From Octopus vulgaris (Eukaryota), in the NCBI GenBank assembly GCA_951406725.2, contig OX597832.1, positions 30,194,001-30,258,000 of the forward strand: 64,000 nucleotides of DNA. The letters are read 5' to 3'. The notes under the pieces were generated by a model. That model ran no database searches and had not been told where the DNA came from. It saw only the letters and a program-made list of their open reading frames with translations. Each line of letters begins with the position of its first letter. Position 1 is the first letter of the stretch. Positions 1-12,771 of this stretch are shown here, in pieces. The translations under genes were made by a program, and so were the position numbers.

Positions 1-33
1 CCGAATTTTGAAAAGAATATAAGTGTGTCGCAA

Positions 34-335
34 TCGCCCTTCTGAAATCGTAACGCCACCGTCGTGGAGGCCTTCCGAGGGGTCGTTTCCGCTCGCGCGG
101 GTACCACTCGACAACTGCGCGGATCCACCGATTATCGGTGAGCCGGGCGACGTGTCCAGCCCATCTAAACTTGCTGCGTGTATATTCTACGATGACATCC
201 CTCACGCCGGACTTCTCTCTGGGATCACGACGTGGATGAGAAAGGCGCGATCCAGTGAGGAGTGGACAGCATGCTGTGACCAACGGTGTCAAATGGACGC
301 CCGACGGACTGGTCGGTCAAGGTGATATCAAGGTG
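34..335. mobile_element. 5'-truncated, 5'-inverted RTE-clade LINE copy with 15-bp TSD
   Basis: Minus strand ~220->32 translates REKSGVRDVIVEYTRSKFRWAGHVARLTDNRWIRAVVEWYPRERKRPLGRPPRRWRYDFRRAI (RTE ORF2 C-terminus). Plus strand 221-325 continues GITTWMRKARSSEEW...; tail is TCAAGGTGATA x2. Flanks ataagtgtgtcgcaa (19-33) and ataaatgtatcgcaa (336-350). Confidence 0.85.
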
Positions 336-782
336 ATAAATGTATCGCAAGTGAGAAAAGGTTGCGGAGCATTGATGTATCATAGTAGGCATTGAAATAA
401 CTTCAACTGGAAACTGACACCGTATCATTGGCTCTTCCGCCGGAAGTTAAATTCTTTGTCTCTGCTAATGACTACTGATGCGATTAGTTATGTCTACACA
501 TATCTTGCGTGGTTTCTATGCTTCACAACAATAAATTTAACGGAATCACAATCGGAGTCTGTAAAGAGCATCATGTTACACAAAGTATAGTATACACTAT
601 ACAAATATATACACTCAACTTCTCTTATCAGAGAAGAAACCTGAAATTTCCAGATGTGTTGTTGATGCAATATTTTGCAGATGCAACCATGTTGGAAATA
701 AAATGTCAGTTTTATATAAATAAGTGTGTACATATGTTCAACTGTATGCATATGTACGTATATATATGTACATAAACTTATG

Positions 783-989
<207 letters not shown>

Positions 990-1072
990 TATTATTAAAC
1001 CACTATTTTGCAAAACAAACAAGGAAAGACTTAATCAATACATAAAATTTTAATAAAAAGTAAAAAAAACCG

Positions 1073-1115
1073 CCACTACAATTGTTTCTTGTCCTGATCG
1101 ACAATCTTCAGGTGG
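1073..1115 (-). ncRNA. Minimal type I hammerhead ribozyme (mirror copy)
   Basis: Exact reverse complement of 1162-1204. Confidence 0.8.
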
Positions 1116-1161
1116 ATTTCCAATAAGTCAGTTTCAAATTTGAAACTGACTTATTGGAAAT

Positions 1162-1204
1162 CCACCTGAAGATTGTCGATCAGGACAAGAAACAATTGTA
1201 GTGG
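1162..1204 (+). ncRNA. Minimal type I hammerhead ribozyme
   Basis: CCAC-CTGAAGA-TTGTC(GATCAG)GACAA-GAAA-CAATTG-TA-GTGG: stem I CCAC/GTGG, intact core, 5-bp stem II, palindromic helix III, GUA cleavage triplet ending at 1200. Confidence 0.8.
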
Positions 1205-1377
1205 CGGTTTTTTTTACTTTTTAAAATTTTATGTATTGATTAAGTCTTTCCTTGTTTGTTTTGCAAAATAGTGGTTTTGTCTCTAATTAATATTATATAA
1301 TATTTTACTATAAAATTGGATTTAATCCTAAATCTGATTTTTTCCCTGTAAATTTGGATTTATTCCCTAATATTTAT

Positions 1378-1409
<32 letters not shown>

Positions 1410-1412
<3 letters not shown>

Positions 1413-1975
1413 TCAATATGCATCTACAGTGGTAGCAATTGCACGATCTTCTGGGATGAGTCGGACACCTATATGGACGACTGTAACATAATAAAGACAA
1501 TGTTTTAGCCCATATCAAATCTGAAACCCCAGGGATGAAGAACTCTGCCATCAATTAGAAAAGAGGCAAAATCTTTGAAGAAATGGTAAGTCTTTTTTCT
1601 CTTTGGATTTTTAGGTTGAATCGTCAGTGTGCTTCTATTAGTCAAGAAATCATTCAAGAGAAAGCGTTGCCTTTGTTTGAGGACCTGAAGAAAAAAATAC
1701 CCAGATGAGAAAGATGTAGAGTTTAAGGCAAGTCAAGGATGGTTCATGAGATGTAAGGAGTGAAGAAGTTATCACTCCATTCAGCTGACGAACATGTAGC
1801 AGCGGAATTTCCTGATGCATTAAAGAAAGTCATCGAAGAAAACGGGTTCTACCCTAACAGATTTTTAACGTAGACGAGACTGGGTTGTATTGGAAAAAAT
1901 TGCCAGACCGTTCATTTATTTCCAAGGAGAAAACTATTGCAGGCTATAAGATCTCAAAAGAACGTGTGACAAGTA
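1410..1975 (+). mobile_element. Tigger/pogo (CENP-B-like) transposase remnant
   Basis: Broken frames give SISQEIIQEKAL..FEDLK, EFKASQGWF and QIFNVDETGLYWKKLPDRSFISKE..GYKISKERVT. Confidence 0.85.
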
Positions 1976-2065
1976 AATTCAGTCTAGCCTAGCCTAGAGA
2001 CAAGCTAATTCGACTTAAGTCGTATCTCCTGAAACCAATTAACGACGAAGGTTGAGGTATGCCTG

Positions 2066-2134
<69 letters not shown>

Positions 2135-2169
2135 ACATAGACACAGAGATGATGCAAAATATTAGTCCT

Positions 2170-3100
2170 GCCTTTCTGGGTTCGCATATCAGCAAAGTCA
2201 TGGAAAGAATCACCAGAAAGAAACCAATAATGTTCTTTGAAGTAAATCACTTGCTAAGTAATATCCAACGCGGTTTTTCGACCAGGAAGGAACTGTCTGA
2301 CACAGTTTCTGCAAGACTACGTCTGGTCGTTAAAACATTTGCTCAACCACTCATAGGTGGATGTGATATATCTCGATTTTGCGAAAGCCTTCGGTAAAAG
2401 GGTTCATGGAACGATATGTCACAAACTGTGTGATCTTGACATAATCGGAAAACAGACTGCATGACATTTTAAAGAGACCAGGAAGTAGTAGCGAATTGCC
2501 CTGTCCCCTAGGGAATAATAATAGTGACTAGAGTCCCACAGGGTACAGTCTAAAGATCACTGTTGTTCATAGTAGCTCCCTCAGATATGCTCTCCGCTAT
2601 TCAGACAGCAATCTACACTAGTTATGCAGTGATACTAAAAAGTATCACAGGTGATAAAGACCTCAAGAGATGCAACACACCAGCAACCTTACTTAAATGC
2701 GATGTATAAGCGAGCAGAAGGAAATATGCAATTTATTGTTAAAATTTTCCAAGCAAACCGCTATCAGCGCTCAAATAAACTTGATCAGAGTGGATTTCAG
2801 TCCCAGAGTCACAATCAGGACACAACCAGGGTATTAACATGACTAACGATGTGTGTTTTCATTTGCATATTTCTAAATAAAATGCAGACAGTGGCTGGAA
2901 TGATCCTAAGAACTCTCAGAAGAGAGCAAGAAACCATGATGGCCCTTCAGAGATTATTGGTCCCCAACTGTTTTGATTATTGCTCCTAATTGTGGTCAAC
3001 ATAGAGAGTACAATTAATGACAGAAGCTGAAACAGTCCAATGCTGCTATACGAAGATGATTGCCTCGATGTGATGACCATAATTGGAAGCAACAATTCAG
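2170..3100 (+). mobile_element. Decayed CR1/Jockey-group LINE reverse transcriptase fragment
   Basis: HISKVMERI, LLSNIQRGF, VDVIYLDFAKAF, VPQGTV and FDYCS motifs with stops and frameshifts. Confidence 0.8.
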
Positions 3101-3109
3101 ACGGCTGAG

Positions 3110-3465
3110 GATGAATGCCCTCCAGATGACTATCAAGGTTTCCTGCTATCTTCTCCGGGAAGTTTTAAGAATTCAGTCAGCTGTCTCTGTTTCATCTAGA
3201 AATATTCACATGAAAACAAATGGTTTGTTTTATATGTACGTGCTGCAAATGTATGTGCCGTGCATTAGGTCACTTCCTCTATCAAATCGACAACGCTTGG
3301 CCAGGTTCACGGTATACCACATGTCAGGTGGCGAAGTGATCTCAGAATGACGTGAGATGAAGTGTTTTGCTCAAGAGCACAACGCACCAACCGGTCTAGG
3401 AATTGAAACCACCATCTCGCAATCGTGAGTGCAACACCCTAACCAAAAGACCATGCGCCCTCACC
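3110..3465 (-). mobile_element. tRNA-headed SINE (family D); related copies ~4030-4500(-), 11425-11760(+), 24122-24445(+), 27110-27205(+), 62800-62907(-)
   Basis: Shared head ggcgcatgg..tggttagggtgttgcactcacgat..cgattcc and ttgagcaaaacactt core across copies. Confidence 0.7.
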
Positions 3466-3537
3466 TTTGTTGTGTATGTATGTTTATATATATATACGGG
3501 CAGACAGACAGACATGCACATCTGTCTATCTGTCAAA

Positions 3538-3603
3538 CATACATACACACACACACACACACATACATACATACATACATACATACATACATACATACAT
3601 ACA

Positions 3604-3637
<34 letters not shown>

Positions 3638-3692
3638 CATACATACATACATACATACATACATACATACATACATACATACATACATACAT
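3538..3692. repeat. (CA)n/(TACA)n microsatellite
   Basis: Direct inspection. Confidence 0.95.
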
Positions 3693-5398
3693 GCCCTGAT
3701 ACAGTACCAGACAGTGGCTCTCGTGGCTCCTGGTCTTAACTGATCGGAAGTGTTATCATGTACATTGTTTTGTCTTTGTATAAAAGATGGGCTACAGCAA
3801 ATATTCTGCTCAATACCACAGATTTACTTGTCAGTTGTTTGACCTTAACCAGTTGAGCTCAATAGGGTGGTGTAGCATGACCGAATGGTTGTCAAGTTCA
3901 TTGGCAATTACGAAAGTTTGGGTTCGATCCCAGCGAGTGACATCTCAGTCAAAGATTGATTACCATTGTCTGAGGTCAATCCAAGCCTTGTAAGTAAATT
4001 TGTGTTGATGGAAACTGCATTGAATCCCGAGAATGGATTAAGCTTGTAACTTAAAGATATAGCCTTGTTGTACACTGTGTCGCTGATTGTTTCTGATGAT
4101 TACCATAAACTATACACGTCCGTGGAATACTCAGCCATCTACATTCTACATTCATCGTTAAAACTGACGGGGATCCGTTGCTAATAGATTGGTAAGAATG
4201 TGATGGTAGTCTTTTGTAGTCCGAGAAAGACGGTTTTGTCATTTCTTGGTGAACGACCTGCTCAGATGATTTGCCTAAAGTAATCAAAGGTCTGTGCTCT
4301 GTATTAGCTCACCTGTCCCTTCATCCAATCTACGTTACCTGAACAGGTTCTGCACGGTTTGCCACACATCAGGTGTCGAAGAGATCACAGAGCGACGCAA
4401 GATGGAGTGTTCTGCTCAAGAACACAACGCCCCACCTGATCCAGGAATTGAAAGCGTTAGTGAGTGCAAGACCCTAATCACAAGGCCATTCGCCCTCACA
4501 TTGGTAAGAATATGTGGCGAAATGGTTGGAGGGTCAGATAAAATGGGAGATTTGTTTCGGCCCTTTGCACTCTGAGTTCAAATCATACCGAGATCAACTT
4601 AGTATTTCACTGTTTCAGGGTCGAAAATAGAAGTACCAACATAAGACTGGTATTTCTATAACGAACCCCGGATTGATGAAACTCTTCTTTTAGCAGACAT
4701 ATCATGAATGTTCAGTTGGGTCGGGAAGTGGGGTGGAATTGAGAGGGGCTTCTATATTTACTCAGCATTATATGAGATGCTAAAACAATTAGCAAAAGAA
4801 ACGGTGGATGTTGTCAGATCAGATTCTCTTGCGAGTGACGGCCATCATTTATAAGCTGCAATAGCACATCAGTGCGATAAGGGTGGTAAAATACGGCAGT
4901 GGAATAAGGGTAGCATATTGAAGTAGTATGACAGGGTGGTAGAATTCAGCAGAAAGGCAAGAACAGCAAGTTAACTGCGAGGAAGACTAATGTTATTGTC
5001 AAGAAAACGGTCAACTCTTTTCTATTTAATGTTGTAGACGTGTAAGACAAGAACTGGCCATGTGGGCCGCAGAAGTTTCTCCAAAAATTTAAAACATACA
5101 GCCAGCAATAAGTTGGAACAGTTTTAGAGATTTTAGATCCCATTAGGTGTGTATCTGCTCCAAACTTACAAATATGATAAAAATCATGGAAAATCTCAGA
5201 CTGAATAAGAAAAGACATCAAACCACGATATTAAAACACTCGGTTTCTTCTATTTAACTGATGTATGAAATCTTTTTTCCTCTTTTTTTTGCCTCATAAA
5301 TATAACTATAATAGTTTGAGTTATATGAAAACTGAGATAGTCCAGAATAACCGTGATTCAATACCAGAGGTAGAACCAAAGAAACCTTATTAGAATTA

Positions 5399-6202
5399 CT
5401 GTTTTCTGGCGTATAAGACGCGTTTTTGTAAAAATAATGTATCAATAATTTGCCCTGCGTCTAATGCGGCCATATTACGAATAAGAAAAGAAAATCCAGT
5501 GTCGTATTGTTGGGAGATCATAGATGAGCATCGGTCTGTCTGGCACAATAATTGTCATCAACAATAAAATACAGAAAGCAAGCCAAAAATTGCAGTTTGC
5601 TGCTACAAACTACGATATTTTGGTATTTATGTGGAGAGATCACACCATCTCATTATGTCTTCTTCCTCAGAACACGTAACCCTTACCTGATTTAGTTTAA
5701 ATTATTGAATGACTGTAACCTTAAAGAAACAATTTTTAATTATCAAATTAAAAGAATTCTCCTAGAAAATTGAAAGCAACGTTAAATATTCATCCTTCGA
5801 TCAGCCGTTTGCAATGAGTGGATGACGGAAAACGAAAGCAGTGGTGCACCACTCCAGTGACCAATGGCGGCTGCACAAAACAAAATGGCCGAAAATACGA
5901 GTTTTATATTTTGTATAGCAATTCTCTTGACCAAAATATAAACAACTTCACAGTTGAACTGAAAGATAAAAGCTGAAATATGGAAATCCCATAACAGATT
6001 ATTTATGACAAATTTATGCTTTCCTACTTTATTTCTGCATACTGTCACAGCATTGTATTAACATGCACAGAACCAAACATTTTCTCTACAAAACTACTTT
6101 AAAATAGCATTCAATAGGTGCATGACGAAACGTAATAAATGTACATTTTTCAGAAAATGTACTCGTAAAATGAGAATGAGATTTATACGCCAGCAAATAC
6201 GG
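5399..6202. mobile_element. Tc2/pogo-like non-autonomous DNA transposon, TA TSD
   Basis: Left TA-ctgttttctggcgtataagac versus right gatttatacgccagcaaatacgg-TA (imperfect TIRs). Confidence 0.6.
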
Positions 6203-6499
6203 TAGAACATAAACAATGGTCAGTAACGGTTCAGCATATTTTTCGTTGTTAAAAGATTTGGATATTCGTCGAATAGCAACATTTGGACCAGTAAATTTTT
6301 GTGGCAAATTAAGAAAAGGAGTTAAACGCAGGTTCTTAATTTATCTATGTTATGCAAATACATTTAACTAAACCCTGGAATTTCTACCTTTATAAGTAGG
6401 CTGTAACATCCTTGGTACTTACGTGAATTTTTGCTACCCTGGTAACTATTTACTTATTTTTTCCATGTTATTTGTACACATTGAAAAAAATACACATAC

Positions 6500-6560
<61 letters not shown>

Positions 6561-6563
<3 letters not shown>

Positions 6564-6789
6564 CGGGAAGGTTTACGAAAATAAACAAAACACGAAGGCA
6601 GGTTTACGAAAATAAACAAAAGAATGAAGGCAGGTGGAGTACAAACAAACAATTGTATTAGTATGGCGCTCAGGAATAGAAATAAAACAGGTCTTTTACG
6701 TTTCGAGCCTACGCTCTTCAACAGAAAGATACACAGAGAAGAAACAAGGAGAGAAAAAAATTGCATTGAGGGGCTAACGATCCATGCGT

Positions 6790-6792
<3 letters not shown>
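6561..6792 (-). mobile_element. Short Penelope-like remnant inside (TA)n with variant hammerhead (6692-6729); 5' stub recurs at ~60613-60633
   Basis: Minus strand TCTTT-CTGTTGA-A-GAGC(GTAG)GCTC-GAAA-CG-TA-AAAGA; TA runs on both sides; internal duplication of aggtttacgaaaataaacaaaa. Confidence 0.6.
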
Positions 6793-6848
<56 letters not shown>

Positions 6849-8119
6849 CAAATAATTTCACACTGTTTAGCTTAGAAAATATCGATCGGTTATTTCTTTC
6901 TAGATCTTCTCTTGTTTCTTTTTCTGGCTAAAATTTTCTAACAATTTACAGCCGTTGAATACTTTTTGTCGACGGTCGAACATTTTAGTTCTTTGACACT
7001 GAAAACGTTTGCCGTTGCTAGTTGTGGAACGGACTTGGAAATGAGTAATTCTTCAAAGTAACATTCCTGCTTTCTTTCAGATCGTTTGGAATTAATGGTT
7101 GAGAGCAATCACAGGAACAGTGTTGTCACGGATCATTGCACAAATCCACAGTTATATGTTATGTGTCTTAATTATGTCTAATGTATTCTCATTTGCCGGT
7201 TTATAACTTCAGCCTTGCAAAAGAGGAAACTTTCCGTTCTTTTATGTAACACGGACTTCAGCAATATATTTGTCTGTCTGTCCGTGGAACTATTTATTCT
7301 TCCCTGGACACTCCATCATTTAATAGCATCGTCTTGGATACCAGATTACAGCTTGTTATAACGTAGATTATCCTAATATACATACCGCAACGCTGGATGC
7401 TATAACAGACCATACCATACCCAATCGATATTTCCTCATGAAAAAATATCCACTCAATATACCAGTAATTATCAAACTAATGATGTGCGTTAATGATGTG
7501 AGTAAATTTAGAAGCCCCTCTCAATTCCACCACACATACACACTTAACATAAACACCTCCACATCACACATCGCCACACCTTCAGAAGGTATAGTCATGA
7601 TGAAAAATGGTAACTTTGGACGGAAATGATGCTGCTTAGCCGTCATCTTCCTGTCTTCCGTTTATGCCATTCCCCAATCTTTTGTGGACAAACCTATCTA
7701 CCTTCCATTCAGCTCCCGCCCCATGGCGCAAATTGGGGCAGTTGTAAGTTGATGATTGCAGTTGTGGAGAAGGAATAGTTATGGTGGTCGGGTTGGTGGT
7801 GATTAATCCCAGTTCTGGCAGGGTGGGCCTGGGTGGAAATGACATGAAATGAGCTCGTTCTGAGGAGTAGAAGATACAGCGGTAGTCGTAGAAGAGGCAG
7901 AGTAAGGAGATACAGTGCGATAGTGGGTGAGAGGCTGAAGATTGTGAGTGTATGTTGGTAATTAATAACAAAATAGAATTAAAACTAATTAATGAAATAT
8001 CACGTGACGATGAAAGGCAATATGGAGGACTATCTCAGGGAACAGTTTCAATACTTAGAAGTCATTAGTTTTGGTAACAATAACCATTTCATAGTATTAT
8101 CGCGGATTATAATAATCGA

Positions 8120-8150
<31 letters not shown>

Positions 8151-8160
8151 CACCCTTACC

Positions 8161-8393
8161 TATTTCTTTACAACCCACAAGGGGCTAAACGCAGAGGGGA
8201 CAAACAAGGACAGACATAGGTATTAAGTCGATTACATCGACCCCAGTGCGTAACTGGTACTTAATTTATTGACCCCGAAAGGATGAAAGGCAACGTCGAC
8301 CTCGGCGGTATTTGAACTCAGAACGTAGTGGCAGACGAAATACCGCTAGGCATTTCGCCCGGTGTGCTAACGTTTCTGCCAGCTCCTCGCCTT
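8161..8393 (-). mobile_element. SINE family A, full length, 16-bp TSD
   Basis: TSD tatatacacccttacc at 8145-8160 and 8394-8409; B-box-like gagttcaaat; central gcctttcatcctttcggggtc..aagtacc block (recalls the Meta/MESC SINE domain). Confidence 0.85.
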
Positions 8394-8562
8394 TATATAC
8401 ACCCTTACCGCCGACCACATAGACCAAACTTAACACACTACTATCTCCTCCATTCCCAACACCATCACATAATACAATTCCATCGCCAACACTTTCTGTT
8501 CTCGTCTAGAATGTTCCTTGTGCCTTCTCCTTAGTTCTTGTCGTCTATCGTTCTCCATATTT

Positions 8563-9420
8563 TATTACACGGAGAAAATGAGAGCAAGAGAAATAATATT
8601 CTTAAGATTATAAACCTGGAAAAGTACAGGACAAGTTATTACACTTGGAAGAGATCAGAACAACTTTTTACATCTGATAAAGTACAGAACAAGAACATTT
8701 TTTACTTAAAATATTGCAGCTAAGGATAAAAATTTCAAATAAAATATTTAAATTTATAAAATATTAGCTTTAATTAAAGTTAAAAATTTTATAACAAGTT
8801 ATCAATTCTATTTGTTATTACTTGTTACTTCTATTAAAAATTTAAAAAATAACTCAATTAAAATATCTTTTGCACTTGAAAAAATTCATTTTTTTAATTA
8901 TTCATTAATAATTGAAAATTTGAAAATAGGTTATAAAAAATAATAGTAGTACATAATTAGTACAACAAATAGAATAATACAAATGTTAGTTAAATATTAC
9001 AGTAAAATCTACCTACAACAACAAATTCACAGTAAAATTTGCTTGAGTTCTTGCCTAAATTATTGCCAAGTCTTCACATTTTTAGTCTTGACCCAATACC
9101 AATTTTTAACGTAAAGAATTTGCCTACCATATATACTATTCTACTTTGCATAAAACTTTAGCTATAATTGGTACTTCTGGCTCTCATTTTCCTAAGTATT
9201 GTAGTGTGTCAATATTTTAACAAAATGACGGTACCTTTTTTATTTATAATATTATTCTGTAAATTAAAATCAAATAATTAATTATATCCTTAGCTGCAAC
9301 ATTTAAAATAAAAAAATGTTCTTATTCTGTACTTTAGCAGATGTAGTAACTTGTCCTGTATTTTTCCAGGTTTATAATCTTAAGAATATTATTTCTCTTA
9401 CTCGCATTTTTCAATGTAAT
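8563..9420. repeat. Long imperfect inverted repeat (arms ~8563-8730 and ~9283-9420), AT-rich spacer
   Basis: agagaaataatattcttaagattataaacctggaaaa versus ttttccaggtttataatcttaagaatattatttctct; tgcagctaaggata versus tatccttagctgca. Confidence 0.85.
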
Positions 9421-9666
9421 CCATGTTTTTCTGCCAAAGTGTAGCTAGGGAACAATCCTCTTCAAAAATGTTAACAGTTTTTAATTTGGTCAATTTAGCG
9501 ACAAGTTCTTAATGATGCTACGTATAAGTAAAGAGTAAATTGTGGCCTTATACATATGTGTGTAGGTATGTATATGTATGTATGTATACACACACTCACA
9601 CACATATGTATACACACATATGTATGTGTATATATATATACATATGTATGTGTATACACACATATG

Positions 9667-9704
<38 letters not shown>

Positions 9705-9707
<3 letters not shown>

Positions 9708-9930
9708 CAAAATGGGACAAGAACGCAAAACATCCACACAGTTAGGTGATACAAAAAAGGGACAAAAAAAAAACCAGATAGACGATACAAAGAAAACAAG
9801 GACGAGTCGTTCGGAGTTTTCTTTCCTCAGTCGAGTTCCAGATTATCTTTGCTATTTCGGCTAGTTATACTCGTGTCCATGTCTTCTTTGTATCGTCTAT
9901 ATATATAGCGGCGTACGTACACTTTAGTAT

Positions 9931-9932
<2 letters not shown>
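9705..9932. mobile_element. Short repeat-like insert between (TA)n runs with internal 25-bp inverted repeat (possible Penelope-like remnant)
   Basis: tagacgatacaaagaaaacaaggac (9779-9803) versus gtccatgtcttctttgtatcgtcta (9875-9899). Confidence 0.45.
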
Positions 9933-9977
<45 letters not shown>

Positions 9978-10006
9978 ACGTGTATATATGTAAGTACCCA
10001 TGTGTG

Positions 10007-10040
<34 letters not shown>

Positions 10041-10749
10041 TATATAATGTATACACTTCTTTTACTTAAATGATAAACAAATTGGCGGTTTCAGTTTAGC
10101 AGACGACAATCTCGCAAAAGCGCATGCGTTAAGTGGGTTACTGAATCATAAGAAAATAATTCAATACACTTTTAGCCATTTCCGCTTCACCACAACCACA
10201 ACCACAAGCGTCTCCACCATTAACCACTACCACTACCACAACCACCACCACCACCACCACTAACAGATGCTACAGTCTTCACTATATCACGTGAGTACGT
10301 ATGAAAATTGCATTCCCTCTCTACCTCTCACCGCTACCATGTCCCCTATGATAAACACCCTTTACTTTCTTCCCCGCCCCCCCCCCCCCTCTCTCTCTCT
10401 CTATCTAACTACTTAATCGCGTAACATCCGAACGTACATAAGCTGAATATTATTACAGCAACCCATTAATAATTGATATTGAAAATGCAGAAACGTCCTT
10501 AGAACGAAAATCCAATTGTTTCATTCCCTGTCAAATGGTATTTGCCCACCTGGAACTGAAATGAGGAACGGATGAAAACATTCCAAATTCTCAACTAAAT
10601 CAAAGACGAAGACGTCTCAAAGAATTTCAGGAAAAAGAAATATCATAAATTTGAAGTCATCTACTCTTGGTTATGCAGGATTCTATAAGGCGTCCAATTC
10701 TCTCTCTCACCCTCTCTCTCTCTCTCCACACACACACACAGACACACAC

Positions 10750-11429
<680 letters not shown>

Positions 11430-11787
11430 GATGCATAGCCTATTGGTTAGTGTGTTGCACTCACGATCGCGAGATCAATTCCTAGACCGGGTGGTGCGTT
11501 CTATTCTTGAGCAGAACACTTCATCTCACTTTTCTCTGCGATCGCTTCGACACCGTGAACCTGGTCAGGCGTCGTCGATTTGTTTGAGGAAGTGAGCTAA
11601 CGCACGGCACATGCGTTTGCAGCACGTACACATAAAACGAATCTGTGTGCCACGCGTCAGGAAACGCCAGTAATCGATGGAGGGAGGGACCTAATGTGCA
11701 GCACATGCGTTCGATCACCATAAACACATCATTTCTGCAGGTCGGACGGCAATAGCTGATTGCTCATATGTCGTCTATCATTATACA

Positions 11788-11895
<108 letters not shown>

Positions 11896-11949
11896 TATGT
11901 ATTTCTGTGTGTATGTGTGTGTGTGTGTGTCCCTTGTTAACAATTAACA

Positions 11950-12771
11950 CGGAAAAAAATAGGTAAATAGTTACCAGGGTAGCAAAAAATCACACAAGTA
12001 AAAAGATTGTAACTCCTTGTTTTAAAGGTAGAAACTTCAGGTTTACATGAAATATTTTGTATAATATATATATATATAAATAGATAAATGGAGTTAAACG
12101 CAGGTGTTATTCGAATTCTTTTACTTCCGACACATGCTTCCAAAATATCACTGGTATTATTCCAAAGGAATAAAATGGTGTAAAACAATATAATCTCTTC
12201 AGGGAAATGAAGAAATAAAACTCATCAATAAGACATTTTAACAGAAAATGATGGATATGTATAGTGATTAACTGAATGCTATTAAGGTTGTTTTTAAAAA
12301 AAAACGTTAGGGGATATAACGTCAAAGGTAGCCTATAGAAAGAGGAGGGGTAAAGGAAAGAAAAAGTCCCAAATAAATGAGAAGTATATAACGATATGTA
12401 AATTAAATAAAACCCTATAGTCTTGGAAAAAGATATATCTAGTGAATGTGAAATGTAAGAAGAAAATTAATGTTTAAATTATATATAATGATTGATATCA
12501 CTTATATGAACTAAAGGTGTGTTTCTGCCAATGTTTACGTCGGTATGCACGCTCTATAAACGTGTTTACAAGGGGATTTTTAGGAAAAACTTTTTTAAAT
12601 AGTTCAGAATTACAGAGAAGACAAAATTCCTTGCCTTTATCATAAGGTATCGAAATTGAGAAAATCAACCAATCTAAATTAAATTGTTTATTGTTGTCTT
12701 TTAGATACCAAATAAATTTACTAAGCTCTATACTGTTATGTTTATCTCTATCCCTAAATGTAGAGCAATGA
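11950..12771 (-). mobile_element. 3' end of a Penelope-like element: GIY-YIG-type C-terminus (12770->12498) and 3' region with degenerate hammerhead (12207->12124)
   Basis: Open 90-codon frame HCSTFRDRDKHNSIELSKFIWYLKDNNKQFNLDWLIFSISIPYDKGKEFCLLCNSELFKKVFPKNPLVNTFIERAYRRKHWQKHTFSSYK*, matching the recalled ELSKxIWxLKD..W..PY..CxLC pattern of PLE endonucleases. Confidence 0.75.

Noticed and set aside
9790-9870. Hammerhead-like CTGAGGA ... GAA on the minus strand
   Set aside because: Stem II and stem I do not pair convincingly; no GAAA-N-UH arrangement
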